Shown one piece after another: positions 51,039 through 61,621 of a stretch of 64,000 bases of DNA; position 1 is the stretch's first letter, and every line of letters starts with the position of its first letter. Made by a program: the position numbers and the translations under genes. The notes beneath the pieces are model-generated. The model was not told the DNA's origin, did no database searches, and saw only the letters and a list, made by a program, of their open reading frames with translations. This DNA is from Candidatus Poribacteria bacterium. Lineage in GTDB: Bacteria > Poribacteria > WGA-4E > WGA-3G. The stretch covers positions 1,920,001 to 1,984,000 of the forward strand of contig CBDANF010000003.1 of assembly GCA_965197475.1 (NCBI GenBank), read 5' to 3'.

Positions 51039-52129
51039 CAGGACTTACGCAATAATCTACAATTATGTTATACTGTTCTATTATGACTACATTTACACTT
51101 TCTAAAAAGAAGCACCACTTATTTTCTGATTATTGTCAATTTTTGTTAGCGAGTTTCACTAATTTTACACAAACCTATTTTGCAAACCATACGGAGAAGT
51201 GGAGCCATGATCAACTCAATCGTTTCCTGAGAAACGAAAACATTCCTTCAAGCGAACTCTGGGAATCTGTCAAAGACGACATTGCGTTTGATAAAGATGG
51301 ATACCTTATCTTTGACGATGTTGTGCTGTCAAAAATATATTCAAAACTGATTGAAGCTGCCTACCCTCAATGGAGTGGTAGCGACAAAAAGGTCATTGAA
51401 GGCATCGGTATTGTCACGTGTGTCTATGTTAACCCAAAGACACACGAGTATTGGATCATTGATTACCGCATTTTTGACAAAGACCCTGATGGTAAATCCA
51501 AAATTGATCATTTACTTGATATGTTGCACGATGCTTACTTCAAGAAACAACTCTCGTTTCGGACAGTGCTAATGGATGCTTGGTATGTATCCATGAAAGT
51601 AATGAAAGCGATTGCGGCACTTTCCAAGGTCTACTATGCGCCCCTGAAACGAAACAGGCTTGTAAATGATACGGATGGTGTTGAACCGCACCAGCAAGTC
51701 CAAGATTTATCTTGGTCTCCATCAGAAACGACACAAGGCAAACGCGTGCATATCAAAAGGTTTCCAAAAGGGTATCAAGTGAAGTTGTTCCGGATTGTGT
51801 CTGATACAGGACGCACGGAATATATTGTGACAAACGATTTATCTCAATCGGATGCGAAAGCGACAAAACAACAGTGTCGGGTTCGCTGGAAGATTGAGCA
51901 ACTTCATCGTGAAATCAAACAATTAACCGGTATTGACAAATGTCAATGCCGCAAACTGCGTGCCCAACGAAACCATATTGCGTGTTGTTTCCAGGTCTGG
52001 GTCTGCTTGAAGCGTGCTGCCCGGAAAATCACTCAAACGATTTACGAACTCAAACAAAGTTTATTGGATGATTACGGACGACATCAACTCTCTAATCCTT
52101 CAATAATCTTCAAAACTGCGTAAGTCCTG
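51039..52129 (+). mobile_element. IS701-family insertion sequence (transposase 51065..52123)
   Basis: IFDD, LMDAWY, RWKIEQLHREIKQ; TIR caggacttacgca; TSD gttttt. Confidence 0.9.
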
Positions 52130-52225
52130 GTTTTTGTACAGGTATGAATTGGAAAGATGTTACAAGTTTACCCAAAAATGGTATCCTATCCTAATAAATT
52201 ATGAACAAAATAGGAGAGGATACCG

Positions 52226-53545
52226 ATGTTTAGTATATCATTAGAGCGTTGTGAAGTCAAAGCGTTTGAAGGCGTATTTCAGAAGTTTGTAGAAGAATTC
52301 AACGATTTTGCGGGAGAGATGTTTTCCGATCCGTGTATACCGTTAGAAGAAGCGGAGTTTCGTGTATTTGAGGCATCTCGTTCGTGGTGTCAAAAGTTTT
52401 TAGAGATATTTATTTCTCAAAAAGCGAGTGAACAGTCTGGTGAACCTGTTGAATGTCCCGAACATCAGGAAGCGTGTCGTCCGTGGTGTAAAAGAGAGCG
52501 GCGTATTACGACCTTGTGTGGTGTTATCCGTGTAAAACGTTGGGTGTATCGTTGTCCTTGTGGTCATAATCATGTGCCGTTTGATACCAAACAGAAGTTG
52601 CGAGGTCAATGGACGCATCGTGTTGCTGAGGCGATGTGTCGTTTGGCGGCACTTCTTGACTTTAGAGAAGCGTCAGAAGAGTTATCTCGTCAGGGAATAG
52701 AAGTCCGCCACACGACACTTCATCAAAAAGTGTGTGAGTGGTCAGAAGATTTGAGCGTTTGTGAACAAGTGGAAACCCAAAAGCTTGTAGAAAATCAGCG
52801 ATGGTATGTGAGTTGTGATGGCTGTCGGACGAACTCACTGGATGGTTGGAAAGAAGTAAAAGTTGGTTGTATTTATAGGGATTATCCGCAACAAGGTTCT
52901 GGGGCGATACCGAGTGCCAGAACATCCAGTATCCGTTATGTTGCGTCTCGTCCTGATGTGGCACATTTTGGTAAAGAGTTGTTTGCGTTAGCGACAAACA
53001 GCGGTATCTATCAAGAAGCTATAGATACCCAGGAGATTGTGTTTATTGGCGATGGTGCTGCGTGGATATGGAACTTAGCCGATGAATACTTCCCCAATGC
53101 GGTTGAGATTGTGGATTACAGGCAGGCCAAATCTCATCTGTATGATGTTGCCAAACACGCATTTGGTGAGACTGAAATAGAAGCGATTGGTGCGTGGATA
53201 AAAGCGACGGAACCGCATCTTTTTGATGGCCACATCACAGAAGTGGTCGCACGCATCCGCACCTTAGGAGCACAGAACCCGGAAGTTTCGGATATTTTAG
53301 AAAGAGAAGCGAAGTATTTTGAAAAACACGCGAAGCGTATGCGGTATCAAGCGTTTAGAGAAAAAGGATATCAGATTGGCAGTGGTGTGATTGAGAGTGC
53401 CTGTAAACATGTTATCGGGCAAAGATGTAAACAGGCTTCTATGAGGCGGGAGAAACCGGGTATCAACGCTGTACTTGGGTGGCGATGTTTGTATAAGAAT
53501 AATGCTTGGGATAGTTATTGGTATCTAAACACAAAAGCCGCATAA
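52226..53545 (+). CDS. ISKra4/ISLre2-family transposase, possibly inactive
   Basis: CDG, WKEVK, IGDGAAWIW, YQIGSGVIESACK; the usual DxxH appears as DYRQ. Confidence 0.85.
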   Translation: MFSISLERCEVKAFEGVFQKFVEEFNDFAGEMFSDPCIPLEEAEFRVFEASRSWCQKFLEIFISQKASEQSGEPVECPEHQEACRPWCKRERRITTLCGVIRVKRWVYRCPCGHNHVPFDTKQKLRGQWTHRVAEAMCRLAALLDFREASEELSRQGIEVRHTTLHQKVCEWSEDLSVCEQVETQKLVENQRWYVSCDGCRTNSLDGWKEVKVGCIYRDYPQQGSGAIPSARTSSIRYVASRPDVAHFGKELFALATNSGIYQEAIDTQEIVFIGDGAAWIWNLADEYFPNAVEIVDYRQAKSHLYDVAKHAFGETEIEAIGAWIKATEPHLFDGHITEVVARIRTLGAQNPEVSDILEREAKYFEKHAKRMRYQAFREKGYQIGSGVIESACKHVIGQRCKQASMRREKPGINAVLGWRCLYKNNAWDSYWYLNTKAA

Positions 53546-53572
53546 TCTTTGTACAAAAACTTTACACACCCC

Positions 53573-53740
53573 TGCCCGAAACCGAAACTCTCCTTGGACA
53601 AGATATTCAACTATATCCTCTATGTTTTACATACGGGTATTCAATGGAATCAACTCCGAACCCGGTGTCCTGAACTCCATTGGTCTAATATCTATAAATG
53701 GCATAATCGGTGGTCAAAAGATGGCTCGTATCAGAGCCAT
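53573..53740 (+). pseudogene. IS5-like transposase N-terminal fragment
   Basis: IFNYILYVLHTGIQW..L.......IYKWHNRWSKDG. Confidence 0.7.
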
Positions 53741-53825
53741 TTTAATTTGGTTTTCGGCATGATATGTGGTATCATTTAAAGAGAAAATCATTTATCATTT
53801 CACGAGTCACTATAGGAGGTTTTTA

Positions 53826-54290
53826 ATGGCAGAAATAGGAAAAGCTGCTCCAGATTTCAATTTATCAGGATCTACAGATCAGGAAGATACAGATGTTGCG
53901 TTGGCTGATTTTGAAGGGAAAAAACTCGTAGTTTTGTTTTATCCACTCGATTTTTCACCTGTGTGTTCGGAGCAAGTTCCAGATTTTAATGAGAACTTAG
54001 ATGCTATCCGTGCAAAAGGTGCGGATGTCATCGCTATTAATCGCGACTCAACGTTTGCACACAAAGCATGGAGTGCGGCACTCGGTGGTATCGGTTTCCC
54101 GCTACTCTCAGATATGAATCTTGAAGTATCAAAACAATATGGAATGGCACTTGAAGAAGTCGGTATAACGACGCGCGGCGTTTTTATTATTGACGGAACA
54201 GGTAAAGTAGCCTTCAAACACGTTGAAGATGCACCACCAGACAATACACTGACAGCAGAACAGGTCTTAAGCGAACTTGACAAACTTTAA
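53826..54290 (+). CDS. Peroxiredoxin (AhpE/AhpC-TSA type, Cys form)
   Basis: APDFNL, FYPLDFSPVC, FPLLSD, RGVFIID. Confidence 0.9.
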   Translation: MAEIGKAAPDFNLSGSTDQEDTDVALADFEGKKLVVLFYPLDFSPVCSEQVPDFNENLDAIRAKGADVIAINRDSTFAHKAWSAALGGIGFPLLSDMNLEVSKQYGMALEEVGITTRGVFIIDGTGKVAFKHVEDAPPDNTLTAEQVLSELDKL

Positions 54291-54498
54291 GCGACATTCT
54301 GACACCTAACGGTGGCGAAGGCGGGTAAGCAGATTGCCCGTCTTCTGTTATCTTATTTATGGTGTGTTATTCTTAGTAGAATGCTTTAGAAAACAGAAAT
54401 TCTCATGGGATCGGACACATAGCGAATCTTGTCATTATTAAGACATCATTGACAGTGCTTTTGCCAAAATATTATACACCGTTTTTGCATCTTTTATC

Positions 54499-54528
54499 TT
54501 GACAAACCCCTATCAGGTATAGTATAAT
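54499..54528 (+). promoter_or_regulatory. Sigma70 promoter of tRNA-Gly
   Basis: TTGACA-18 bp-TATAAT. Confidence 0.75.
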
Positions 54529-54540
54529 TGTCTAAAGGGT

Positions 54541-54612
54541 GCGGGTGTAGCTCAGCGGTAGAGCATCAGCTTCCCAAGCTGAGGGTCGCGGGTTCAAGTC
54601 CCGTCACCCGCT
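54541..54612 (+). tRNA. tRNA-Gly (CCC), CCA not encoded
   Basis: Cloverleaf; anticodon arm tcagc-tt-CCC-aa-gctga; T loop ggttcaagtc. Confidence 0.95.
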
Positions 54613-54640
54613 TGAATGTGAATAAGATACCGAGGAAATC

Positions 54641-55804
54641 ATGGCGCAAAACAAACGATTGACCAAAGAGGAAATCCAAGAAGACAAATTTATTGAATTT
54701 GTTCTGAAATTTTACACTTTTCTGAAGGGTAATGTTAGAACTATCAGCATCACACTTGCAGTTATCACTGTCGGTGTGGTTGGCTATTTAGTTTACACAC
54801 AAAATCAGGAAAAAACACACGCAGAAGCTGCTGCGAACTTCTCTAAGGCTACCGAAACTTTTAAAGAAGCTGAAACCAGTTTTTTAGATGTTTCTGCACC
54901 CAGCGAAAGTGAAGATGACACTGACGATGAAGCGAACGCAGAAAAAACTACCTTTCCAGATGCTGAGGAGAAACTGCAGTTAATTATTGAGAAATACCCG
55001 AATACTGCCTTTGCTGACAAAGCACGATTTACTTATGCAAAAAGCCTCTATTATCAAGGCAAATATCCTGAAGCACGCACGGAATTTGAAAAAGTTATTA
55101 AAACGCATAAGCCTGAAAATGAGATTTACGCGTTGTATGCACAGAAGGCAATAGGCAATTGCTACGAACAGGAGGGAGACTACGCAAAAGCGATTGAGAC
55201 TTATGAGACGAGGGAATTTCAATTTCCTAAGACATCTCAAATTTCCCCCGAAATTCGTCAGTTTGTTATCACCAATGCCAAGTACAATCAAGCACTTTGT
55301 CATGAAAAATTGAATGCTGTGGAAGATGCGAAGGCAGCTTACCAAGAGATTATTGACGAGTTTCAGAAAACGCTTGATTTCGGAATTGAGCAGAGAAGCC
55401 AGGATCTGATTGAAGATGCAAGAGAAGTACTTGTAGTTATTGATGAACCCCTTGAACTCACAAAAGCTGAGCAGTTGGAAAAGGAAGAGCTTTACTATGA
55501 AGCACTCATAGCATATACAGATGCAATTCGCACTTATAAAGTGAAAAAAGATATCGGTGGCGGATTGTTACCGGATGTGCGAAAACGTATCCGTAGTTTT
55601 GAAGATGTTGCCACTACGATCATCGGCAACGTACAATCAGCCCGCAAGTCTCAAAAATCTGGATACCAAAGTTCGGCACTGAATAGTTATGACCAGGTTG
55701 TGGGCTTTGATAAATTCGGATTAAGCCGTGATCTCTATGAGAATGCTCTTCTCAACTACGAACGTCTCTCAATTGCTGTAAAAAAGGAGTCAAATGAAAA
55801 ATAA
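54641..55804 (+). CDS. Membrane-anchored tetratricopeptide repeat protein (YfgM-like)
   Basis: N-terminal TM helix; TPR-like KYPNT..ADKARFTYAKSLYYQG repeats. Confidence 0.8.
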   Translation: MAQNKRLTKEEIQEDKFIEFVLKFYTFLKGNVRTISITLAVITVGVVGYLVYTQNQEKTHAEAAANFSKATETFKEAETSFLDVSAPSESEDDTDDEANAEKTTFPDAEEKLQLIIEKYPNTAFADKARFTYAKSLYYQGKYPEARTEFEKVIKTHKPENEIYALYAQKAIGNCYEQEGDYAKAIETYETREFQFPKTSQISPEIRQFVITNAKYNQALCHEKLNAVEDAKAAYQEIIDEFQKTLDFGIEQRSQDLIEDAREVLVVIDEPLELTKAEQLEKEELYYEALIAYTDAIRTYKVKKDIGGGLLPDVRKRIRSFEDVATTIIGNVQSARKSQKSGYQSSALNSYDQVVGFDKFGLSRDLYENALLNYERLSIAVKKESNEK

Positions 55805-56810
55805 AAACAGTTTCTTTTTTATTAGTACCGCTGAAACCGTAAGCCTGTTAGGTTTTGGACTAATTTTTGTGCTTCTCTGTCTACCTTTCATCGTACATGC
55901 TGAGCTTACAGGACGTATCGCTTATTCTGTCAGAGGTTTCAATGAACAACTTGGAAGATTTGATTACAACCTGCACACGACTGCTTTCACTCCAAACGGA
56001 GATTTTAAGACGACACCTTTGAACCAACCCGGACTATACGCAGTATGGGGACCAGAAGATGACATGCTCTACTTTGTCCAGCGTGTGGACACTGACTCAC
56101 ACATCTTTTCTATTGATGTAAATAGACCCGGGAAAAAGACGCAGCTTACGGAGATTGGTGGTACTTATCGGTTCCTTGCCGTTTCGCCAAATGGAAAGAA
56201 ACTTGCTTTTAACGGATATACAAAAGATCAGCTACAAACAGAAAACCAAATTTGGGTAATGGATCTTGATACAGGCGAAATGGAGGTAATGACAGCAATA
56301 CCGCATCCCGGAAGAAACTTCTTTTTTGAAGGAATCTCTTGGGGACCTACCAGCAAAAAACTGGTGTTTTCACTTGAAAGACCAGGTGGCCTGCACCAAC
56401 TCTTTCTCTTGAATATTGAAACGAAAGAGATAGAAGTATTAACTAATGTCAATAATGATTTTTATCCTGTGTGGTCACCTGATGGGCAGAAGATTCTGTT
56501 CCGAAGATGGGACAGAGAATTTGACACAATGTATACAATTGATGTTGAAACAAGAGCAATAACACCACTTTTTGACATGGATAAAAATGCTGGCAGGTGG
56601 ACAGACTGGTCATTCGATTCACAATCAATTCTCTACTCTTTCTGGGGATCGTTTTATCTGTACGAATTTGGTGCTGGAAGGGCAGAAAAATTGTTTGAAG
56701 TGGACGGTGGCATTTTTGGAATTTCTTGGTGGGAACATGAAGTGCTGCCTGTTGAACCTAAACAGAAATTAACTACAACTTGGGGAGATGTCAAACGCAC
56801 TTTGAGATAA
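55794..56810 (+). CDS. Secreted TolB-like beta-propeller protein
   Basis: SPNGKKLAF, PVWSPDGQKILF; tail VEPKQKLTTTWGDVK. Confidence 0.85.
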   Translation: MKNKNSFFFISTAETVSLLGFGLIFVLLCLPFIVHAELTGRIAYSVRGFNEQLGRFDYNLHTTAFTPNGDFKTTPLNQPGLYAVWGPEDDMLYFVQRVDTDSHIFSIDVNRPGKKTQLTEIGGTYRFLAVSPNGKKLAFNGYTKDQLQTENQIWVMDLDTGEMEVMTAIPHPGRNFFFEGISWGPTSKKLVFSLERPGGLHQLFLLNIETKEIEVLTNVNNDFYPVWSPDGQKILFRRWDREFDTMYTIDVETRAITPLFDMDKNAGRWTDWSFDSQSILYSFWGSFYLYEFGAGRAEKLFEVDGGIFGISWWEHEVLPVEPKQKLTTTWGDVKRTLR

Positions 56811-56850
56811 GAGTTTTATGGGTGCCTCTGGCACCAAGAATCTTTATATT

Positions 56851-56990
56851 AACGTGAGTTCGATAATAAGATCCAAATGTAGATGTAGGTTGGGTAGAGC
56901 GCAGCGAAACCCAACAACTCAACCGTTGGGTGTGAAATAGTTGGGTTTCACGTTGTTCTACCAACCTACGGTATTTGTCAAACTCACGTT
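56851..56990. mobile_element. REP-carrying MITE
   Basis: TIR aacgtgagtt/aactcacgtt enclosing an inverted GTAG-REP pair. Confidence 0.75.
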
Positions 56991-57235
56991 ATATTATCCT
57001 TTCTATTCTTAATTCATCTCAAATACATTTGACAGAGCTCTCCACATATCGTAGCGAGAGGTTCTTATACCTCGCAGCTTTTTCTTTATGAGATAATACC
57101 AAATTAACGGGATTTGTCCTATTTTCCGGACGGTAGGTGCGGTTTCCTAACCGCACACTCTTGATTGGAATGAAGTTAATTTGGTATAACTTCTAAATAA
57201 GACTTGTCATCACAAGAAAAAAGAAGGTCAGAGCA

Positions 57236-59698
57236 ATGCTGCCTAACGTGGAAAAAGCCTTAGAATACGATAAACTCAAACTCCTTATAAAAAATTATAC
57301 CACTTCAGGGTTGGGAAATGCTCGGGTGGACAAGCTTGCACCGTCGGATTCACCGGATACCGTCCATAACCTATTGAAGTTATGTTCCGAGGTGAAAACC
57401 TTTCACCAATGGTCCGGCGGGATATCGTTAGATGGATTAATGGATATCAGTGATATACTTCGGCATGCTTCCAAAACAGGTGCTATCTTAGAACCGCAGG
57501 AGTTCCTAAATATTGCAAAGGTAGCACGAATTCCATCTGTGATAAAAAAGAAATTCAGGAATCAGGATCGTAATGAGGTTCCTCGATTGCGATCTATTAT
57601 AGACGCGCTGCCTATTTTTGACGAACTCATTGAATCTATTGCCTCCTGCATCAGTTATGAAGGAACTGTACTTGACCAGGCAAGCCCTGAATTACGTTCT
57701 ATTCGACGCAAACTTCTAAGAATTCGTGAAAATATTCTTGAAAAATTGGAAGCGATCCTCCGTTCTCCTGATCACCAAAAATCAATTCAGGAATCAGTTA
57801 TTACCTCTCGAAACAACCGTTATGTAATTCCTATCAGGCAAGATGCCAAGCCGTTTTTCAGTGGTGTTGTTCAAGGTCAGTCCACCAGCGGTGCAACATA
57901 TTTTATGGAACCGTTGGCAATAGTTGAAATGAACAACGATCTTCATGAAACCGTTGAAGCCGAACAACGTGAGATTCGTAGAATTCTCTTGGATTTAACG
58001 GACCAACTTCGTGAACGGCTTACCGATTTTGAACTTGCACTTGACATACTTGCAGAACTTGACTTTTTAAACGCAAAAGCCCGATTTAGTCTGGCACTAA
58101 ATGCTGTCGAACCAAAATTAAATGTGAACGGCGTTGTTAATCTCTTAGAAGCACGACATCCTCTACTTGAATTCCAAACGCTCGCAAATATCCAATCTAA
58201 AAAACAGAAAAAAACAGAACTTGACAATACAGCAGATTCTTCAGAGCATAATCCGAAACATAAACCCCCTATAAAAGTTGTTCCCACAAATGTCCGCGTT
58301 GGAAAAGACTTTAAAACACTTGTTATCACCGGTCCGAATACAGGAGGCAAAACAGTTGTCCTCAAAACAGTAGGATTATTGTGTATGATGGCACAATCTG
58401 GCTTGCATATTCCGGCAGCACACGGTAGCGAACTTCCCATTTTTCATCACATTTTTGCCGATATCGGTGACGATCAGAACATTGAACAGAATCTCAGCAC
58501 TTTTTCCTCACATATAACGAAAATTGCAGAGATGCTGAAGTCAATTGAAGATTCTGCATCAACACACGCGTTAGTATTATTGGATGAAGTTGGTGCGGGG
58601 ACTGATCCGACCGAAGGAACTGCACTCGGTATGGCAATCTTAACCTGGCTAAGCGAACGAAATGTCAGCACGATTGTTACAACACATTATAGTGCACTTA
58701 AGGCTTATACCCACACGCAGAACAACATGGAAAACGCTTCAATGGAATTTGATTGGAGCACGTTACGACCAACATATCGACTGAAGATAGGTGTTCCCGG
58801 CAGTAGTAACGCAATCAAAATTGCCGAACAACTCGGTCTCCCAGAACGTATTCTCACTGACGCAGAAAATAACTTAGGCAGTAATAACATCGCTGTAGAA
58901 GACCTGCTAATCCAATTGCAGCAAACACAACATAAATTGGATACAGAACGTGAACAACTTCATGAGAAGATTCGCCTCACAGAAATAGAATATCAAAAAC
59001 ATAAAGTACTTATTGAAACATTTGAGGTTGAACAGAAAACACTTCAACAAAACGCAGAAAAAGAGGCGTTGGAAATCGTTTCCGATGCGCGCCGAACGGT
59101 AGATAACGTCGTCGCTGATATACGTCAAGATCAAGCCTCAAAAGCCAGTATTCGCGAAGCATTCTCAAAAATCGAAACCGCTAAAAAACAACTGAAGCCT
59201 GCCCCACCCAAAAAACGACAGAAAAAACCCAAACCCAACGTCAATATTGGCGACAAAGCCCGAATTATACAGTTAAATCGATTCGGAGAGGTCACTGCAA
59301 TTAATAAGCAGAGCAATACCCCTTTGCAGATACGTGTTGGTAGCATGCAAATGCAGCTATCCTACAACGATATTGACTCGGTTTTGCCGAAAAAAGAGTC
59401 TCAACATCTCACTGGATCTGTGCTGGACATTCAATACAACAAAGCAAATTCTGTTAAAGATGAACTCTCTATTCACGGCATGCTTGTTAAAGAAGGGTTA
59501 GACATCACTGATAAATATCTGGATGATGCGTACCTTGCAGGATTATTAACCGTTAGGATACTTCATGGGAAAGGGACTGGTGCTCTACGTAGTGCAGTTC
59601 GCAAGGCATTGGATGTGAATCCACTCGTCGTTGATTATCAATACGCTCCACATAGTGAAGGTGGAGAGGGTGTAACAGTCGTTAAATTCAAAGAATAA
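57236..59698 (+). CDS. mutS2: Endonuclease MutS2
   Basis: ITGPNTGGKTV, IGDDQNIEQNLSTFSSH, LDEVGAGTDPTEG, C-terminal Smr ILHGKGTGALR. Confidence 0.96.
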   Translation: MLPNVEKALEYDKLKLLIKNYTTSGLGNARVDKLAPSDSPDTVHNLLKLCSEVKTFHQWSGGISLDGLMDISDILRHASKTGAILEPQEFLNIAKVARIPSVIKKKFRNQDRNEVPRLRSIIDALPIFDELIESIASCISYEGTVLDQASPELRSIRRKLLRIRENILEKLEAILRSPDHQKSIQESVITSRNNRYVIPIRQDAKPFFSGVVQGQSTSGATYFMEPLAIVEMNNDLHETVEAEQREIRRILLDLTDQLRERLTDFELALDILAELDFLNAKARFSLALNAVEPKLNVNGVVNLLEARHPLLEFQTLANIQSKKQKKTELDNTADSSEHNPKHKPPIKVVPTNVRVGKDFKTLVITGPNTGGKTVVLKTVGLLCMMAQSGLHIPAAHGSELPIFHHIFADIGDDQNIEQNLSTFSSHITKIAEMLKSIEDSASTHALVLLDEVGAGTDPTEGTALGMAILTWLSERNVSTIVTTHYSALKAYTHTQNNMENASMEFDWSTLRPTYRLKIGVPGSSNAIKIAEQLGLPERILTDAENNLGSNNIAVEDLLIQLQQTQHKLDTEREQLHEKIRLTEIEYQKHKVLIETFEVEQKTLQQNAEKEALEIVSDARRTVDNVVADIRQDQASKASIREAFSKIETAKKQLKPAPPKKRQKKPKPNVNIGDKARIIQLNRFGEVTAINKQSNTPLQIRVGSMQMQLSYNDIDSVLPKKESQHLTGSVLDIQYNKANSVKDELSIHGMLVKEGLDITDKYLDDAYLAGLLTVRILHGKGTGALRSAVRKALDVNPLVVDYQYAPHSEGGEGVTVVKFKE

Positions 59699-59749
59699 GG
59701 TCGCAGTTTTCCCACTGGAATGATGGACATACTAATTTAGAGGCACGTC

Positions 59750-61618
59750 ATGGCAACAAAAAACTATATTCCCCCTGAAACTATTGAGGAAATTCGGAGT
59801 CGGAACAATATAGTGGATGTCATCTCAGAATGTGGTGTCCCTCTTAAACAAGTCGGACCGAACTACAAAGCACTATGTCCTTTTCATCAAGAAAAGACAC
59901 CCTCTTTTTCGGTGTCACCAGAAATGCAGGTATTCAAATGTTTTGGGTGCGAAACAGGCGGTAATGTCTTCGGTTTCCTGCAAAAACATGAAGGGAAAAC
60001 CTTCATAGAAGCAGTTGAATGGCTTGCAGATCGAGCGAATATTCCGTTGCCAACACGAGACCCACAATCCAGCGCACGTCAAAAACTCATCAACGACTTA
60101 AGTGAACTTAACAAGTTTGCCGTGAAATACTACCATGAGTTACTTCGCACTGGACAACACAGTCTTCAAGCACGTGAATATCTCAAAAACCGCGGTGTAC
60201 TTTCACAAACCGTACATCATTTCCAACTCGGTTATGCAAAACCGCAACGGCGTGATTTGGTAAAAGCAGCAACACATGAGGGGTGGACAGTTCAGCAATT
60301 GGTTGACGCTGGGTTGATTAAGAACGAAGATCAAGGTCCTCAGGATCGTTTTTGGAATAGAATTTTGTTCCCTATTCATAATGAGCGAGGCGTACCTGTC
60401 GGTTTTGGAGGACGCTCACTATCTGATGAACATCAACCGAAATACCTAAATTCACCCGGAACAGTCCTATATAATAAAAGCAAAATCCTTTTCAATCTTG
60501 ACAAAGCGAGACAATCTATATCCAGAAAACAGTCGGCGATTCTTGTAGAAGGGTATATGGATGTACTGATGCTGAATCAACACGGTATTGAAAACGTCAT
60601 TGCTTCATCAGGAACATCTCTAAGCGTAGAACACGCGGCACTGTTGAAGCGGTATACGCCCGAAGTCGTCATCGTTTTTGATGGTGATGCCTCTGGATTG
60701 CAAGCTGCGCAACGTGGGTTGCATAGGCTCATCGGTGAAGAGATACGTGTGCGTATAGCCTTAATGCCGAAAGGTGATGATCCGGATTCGTTTGTTAAGC
60801 AGAACGGTGCCGATGCTTTTAACGACCTAATTGGCAAAGCGATAAACCTTGTTGAATTTCAAATTCAATCTGCAATTCAAGGAAACAACATCCGACACCC
60901 CGAAGTCAAGACTCAAGTCGTTAAAGATATTAGCGCGATCCTTGTAAATATCAAAAACCGTGTTGAACGGACAGAATATGTAAAATACACCGTGCGAGAA
61001 CTTGAGGTAGACGAAGGATTACTTTGGCGTGAATTGCAAGATTTAGGGTTAAAAGAATCCCCCGCTCGCGCTAATGCGGCAAGCCGAAAAACAACCTCAA
61101 AAAAGTTGTCGGCACGCGAACAAATCGAACTGCAATTCGTCCAATCTTTAATCCAAGATCCAGAACATATTTCCACCATTAAAACGCAGTTTGATTGTCA
61201 AGATATTACCGATCCGGACCTCGCAAAAATCGCACAAATGCTCTGGGATGCAACCGAAAACGATGAAGCCATTGATATTCACCACATTCTCAATACTTGT
61301 CCAGATGAAACTCTCAAAAGCATTATCTCAAACGCACTAATCAGTAAAAAGAACATTCCCAACTATCATGTGAGGATAAAGGGGTGTCTCAATAAACTAA
61401 AAAGCTATATGATACAAGACCTTGAACAATCTGTCCGTTCGAACGCTTTTGCAGAAGGGAACGATGATCTTGAAAAGCTTAAGGAACTCGTAGAGCTATC
61501 AAATGAAAGGCGCGCTGTTGTTCAAAAAAATCGTATCAAACAAGCACAAAATTCACAGCAGTCTGACGAGGAAATAAAAGCCTTAGAAAGTACTAACAAC
61601 ATTAAAAAGGAGAACTAA
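59750..61618 (+). CDS. dnaG: DNA primase
   Basis: CPFHQEKTPSF..CFGC, KYLNSP, VEGYMDV, FDGDASG, DPD. Confidence 0.97.
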   Translation: MATKNYIPPETIEEIRSRNNIVDVISECGVPLKQVGPNYKALCPFHQEKTPSFSVSPEMQVFKCFGCETGGNVFGFLQKHEGKTFIEAVEWLADRANIPLPTRDPQSSARQKLINDLSELNKFAVKYYHELLRTGQHSLQAREYLKNRGVLSQTVHHFQLGYAKPQRRDLVKAATHEGWTVQQLVDAGLIKNEDQGPQDRFWNRILFPIHNERGVPVGFGGRSLSDEHQPKYLNSPGTVLYNKSKILFNLDKARQSISRKQSAILVEGYMDVLMLNQHGIENVIASSGTSLSVEHAALLKRYTPEVVIVFDGDASGLQAAQRGLHRLIGEEIRVRIALMPKGDDPDSFVKQNGADAFNDLIGKAINLVEFQIQSAIQGNNIRHPEVKTQVVKDISAILVNIKNRVERTEYVKYTVRELEVDEGLLWRELQDLGLKESPARANAASRKTTSKKLSAREQIELQFVQSLIQDPEHISTIKTQFDCQDITDPDLAKIAQMLWDATENDEAIDIHHILNTCPDETLKSIISNALISKKNIPNYHVRIKGCLNKLKSYMIQDLEQSVRSNAFAEGNDDLEKLKELVELSNERRAVVQKNRIKQAQNSQQSDEEIKALESTNNIKKEN

Positions 61619-61621
61619 CCG

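Larger units (their letters stand above)
50028..53571. mobile_element. ISKra4/ISLre2-like element whose left TIR is interrupted by two other IS elements
   Basis: Reconstructed left TIR gggtgtgtaaagtttttgtaca matches the right TIR at 53550-53571 over 22 bp. Confidence 0.85.
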
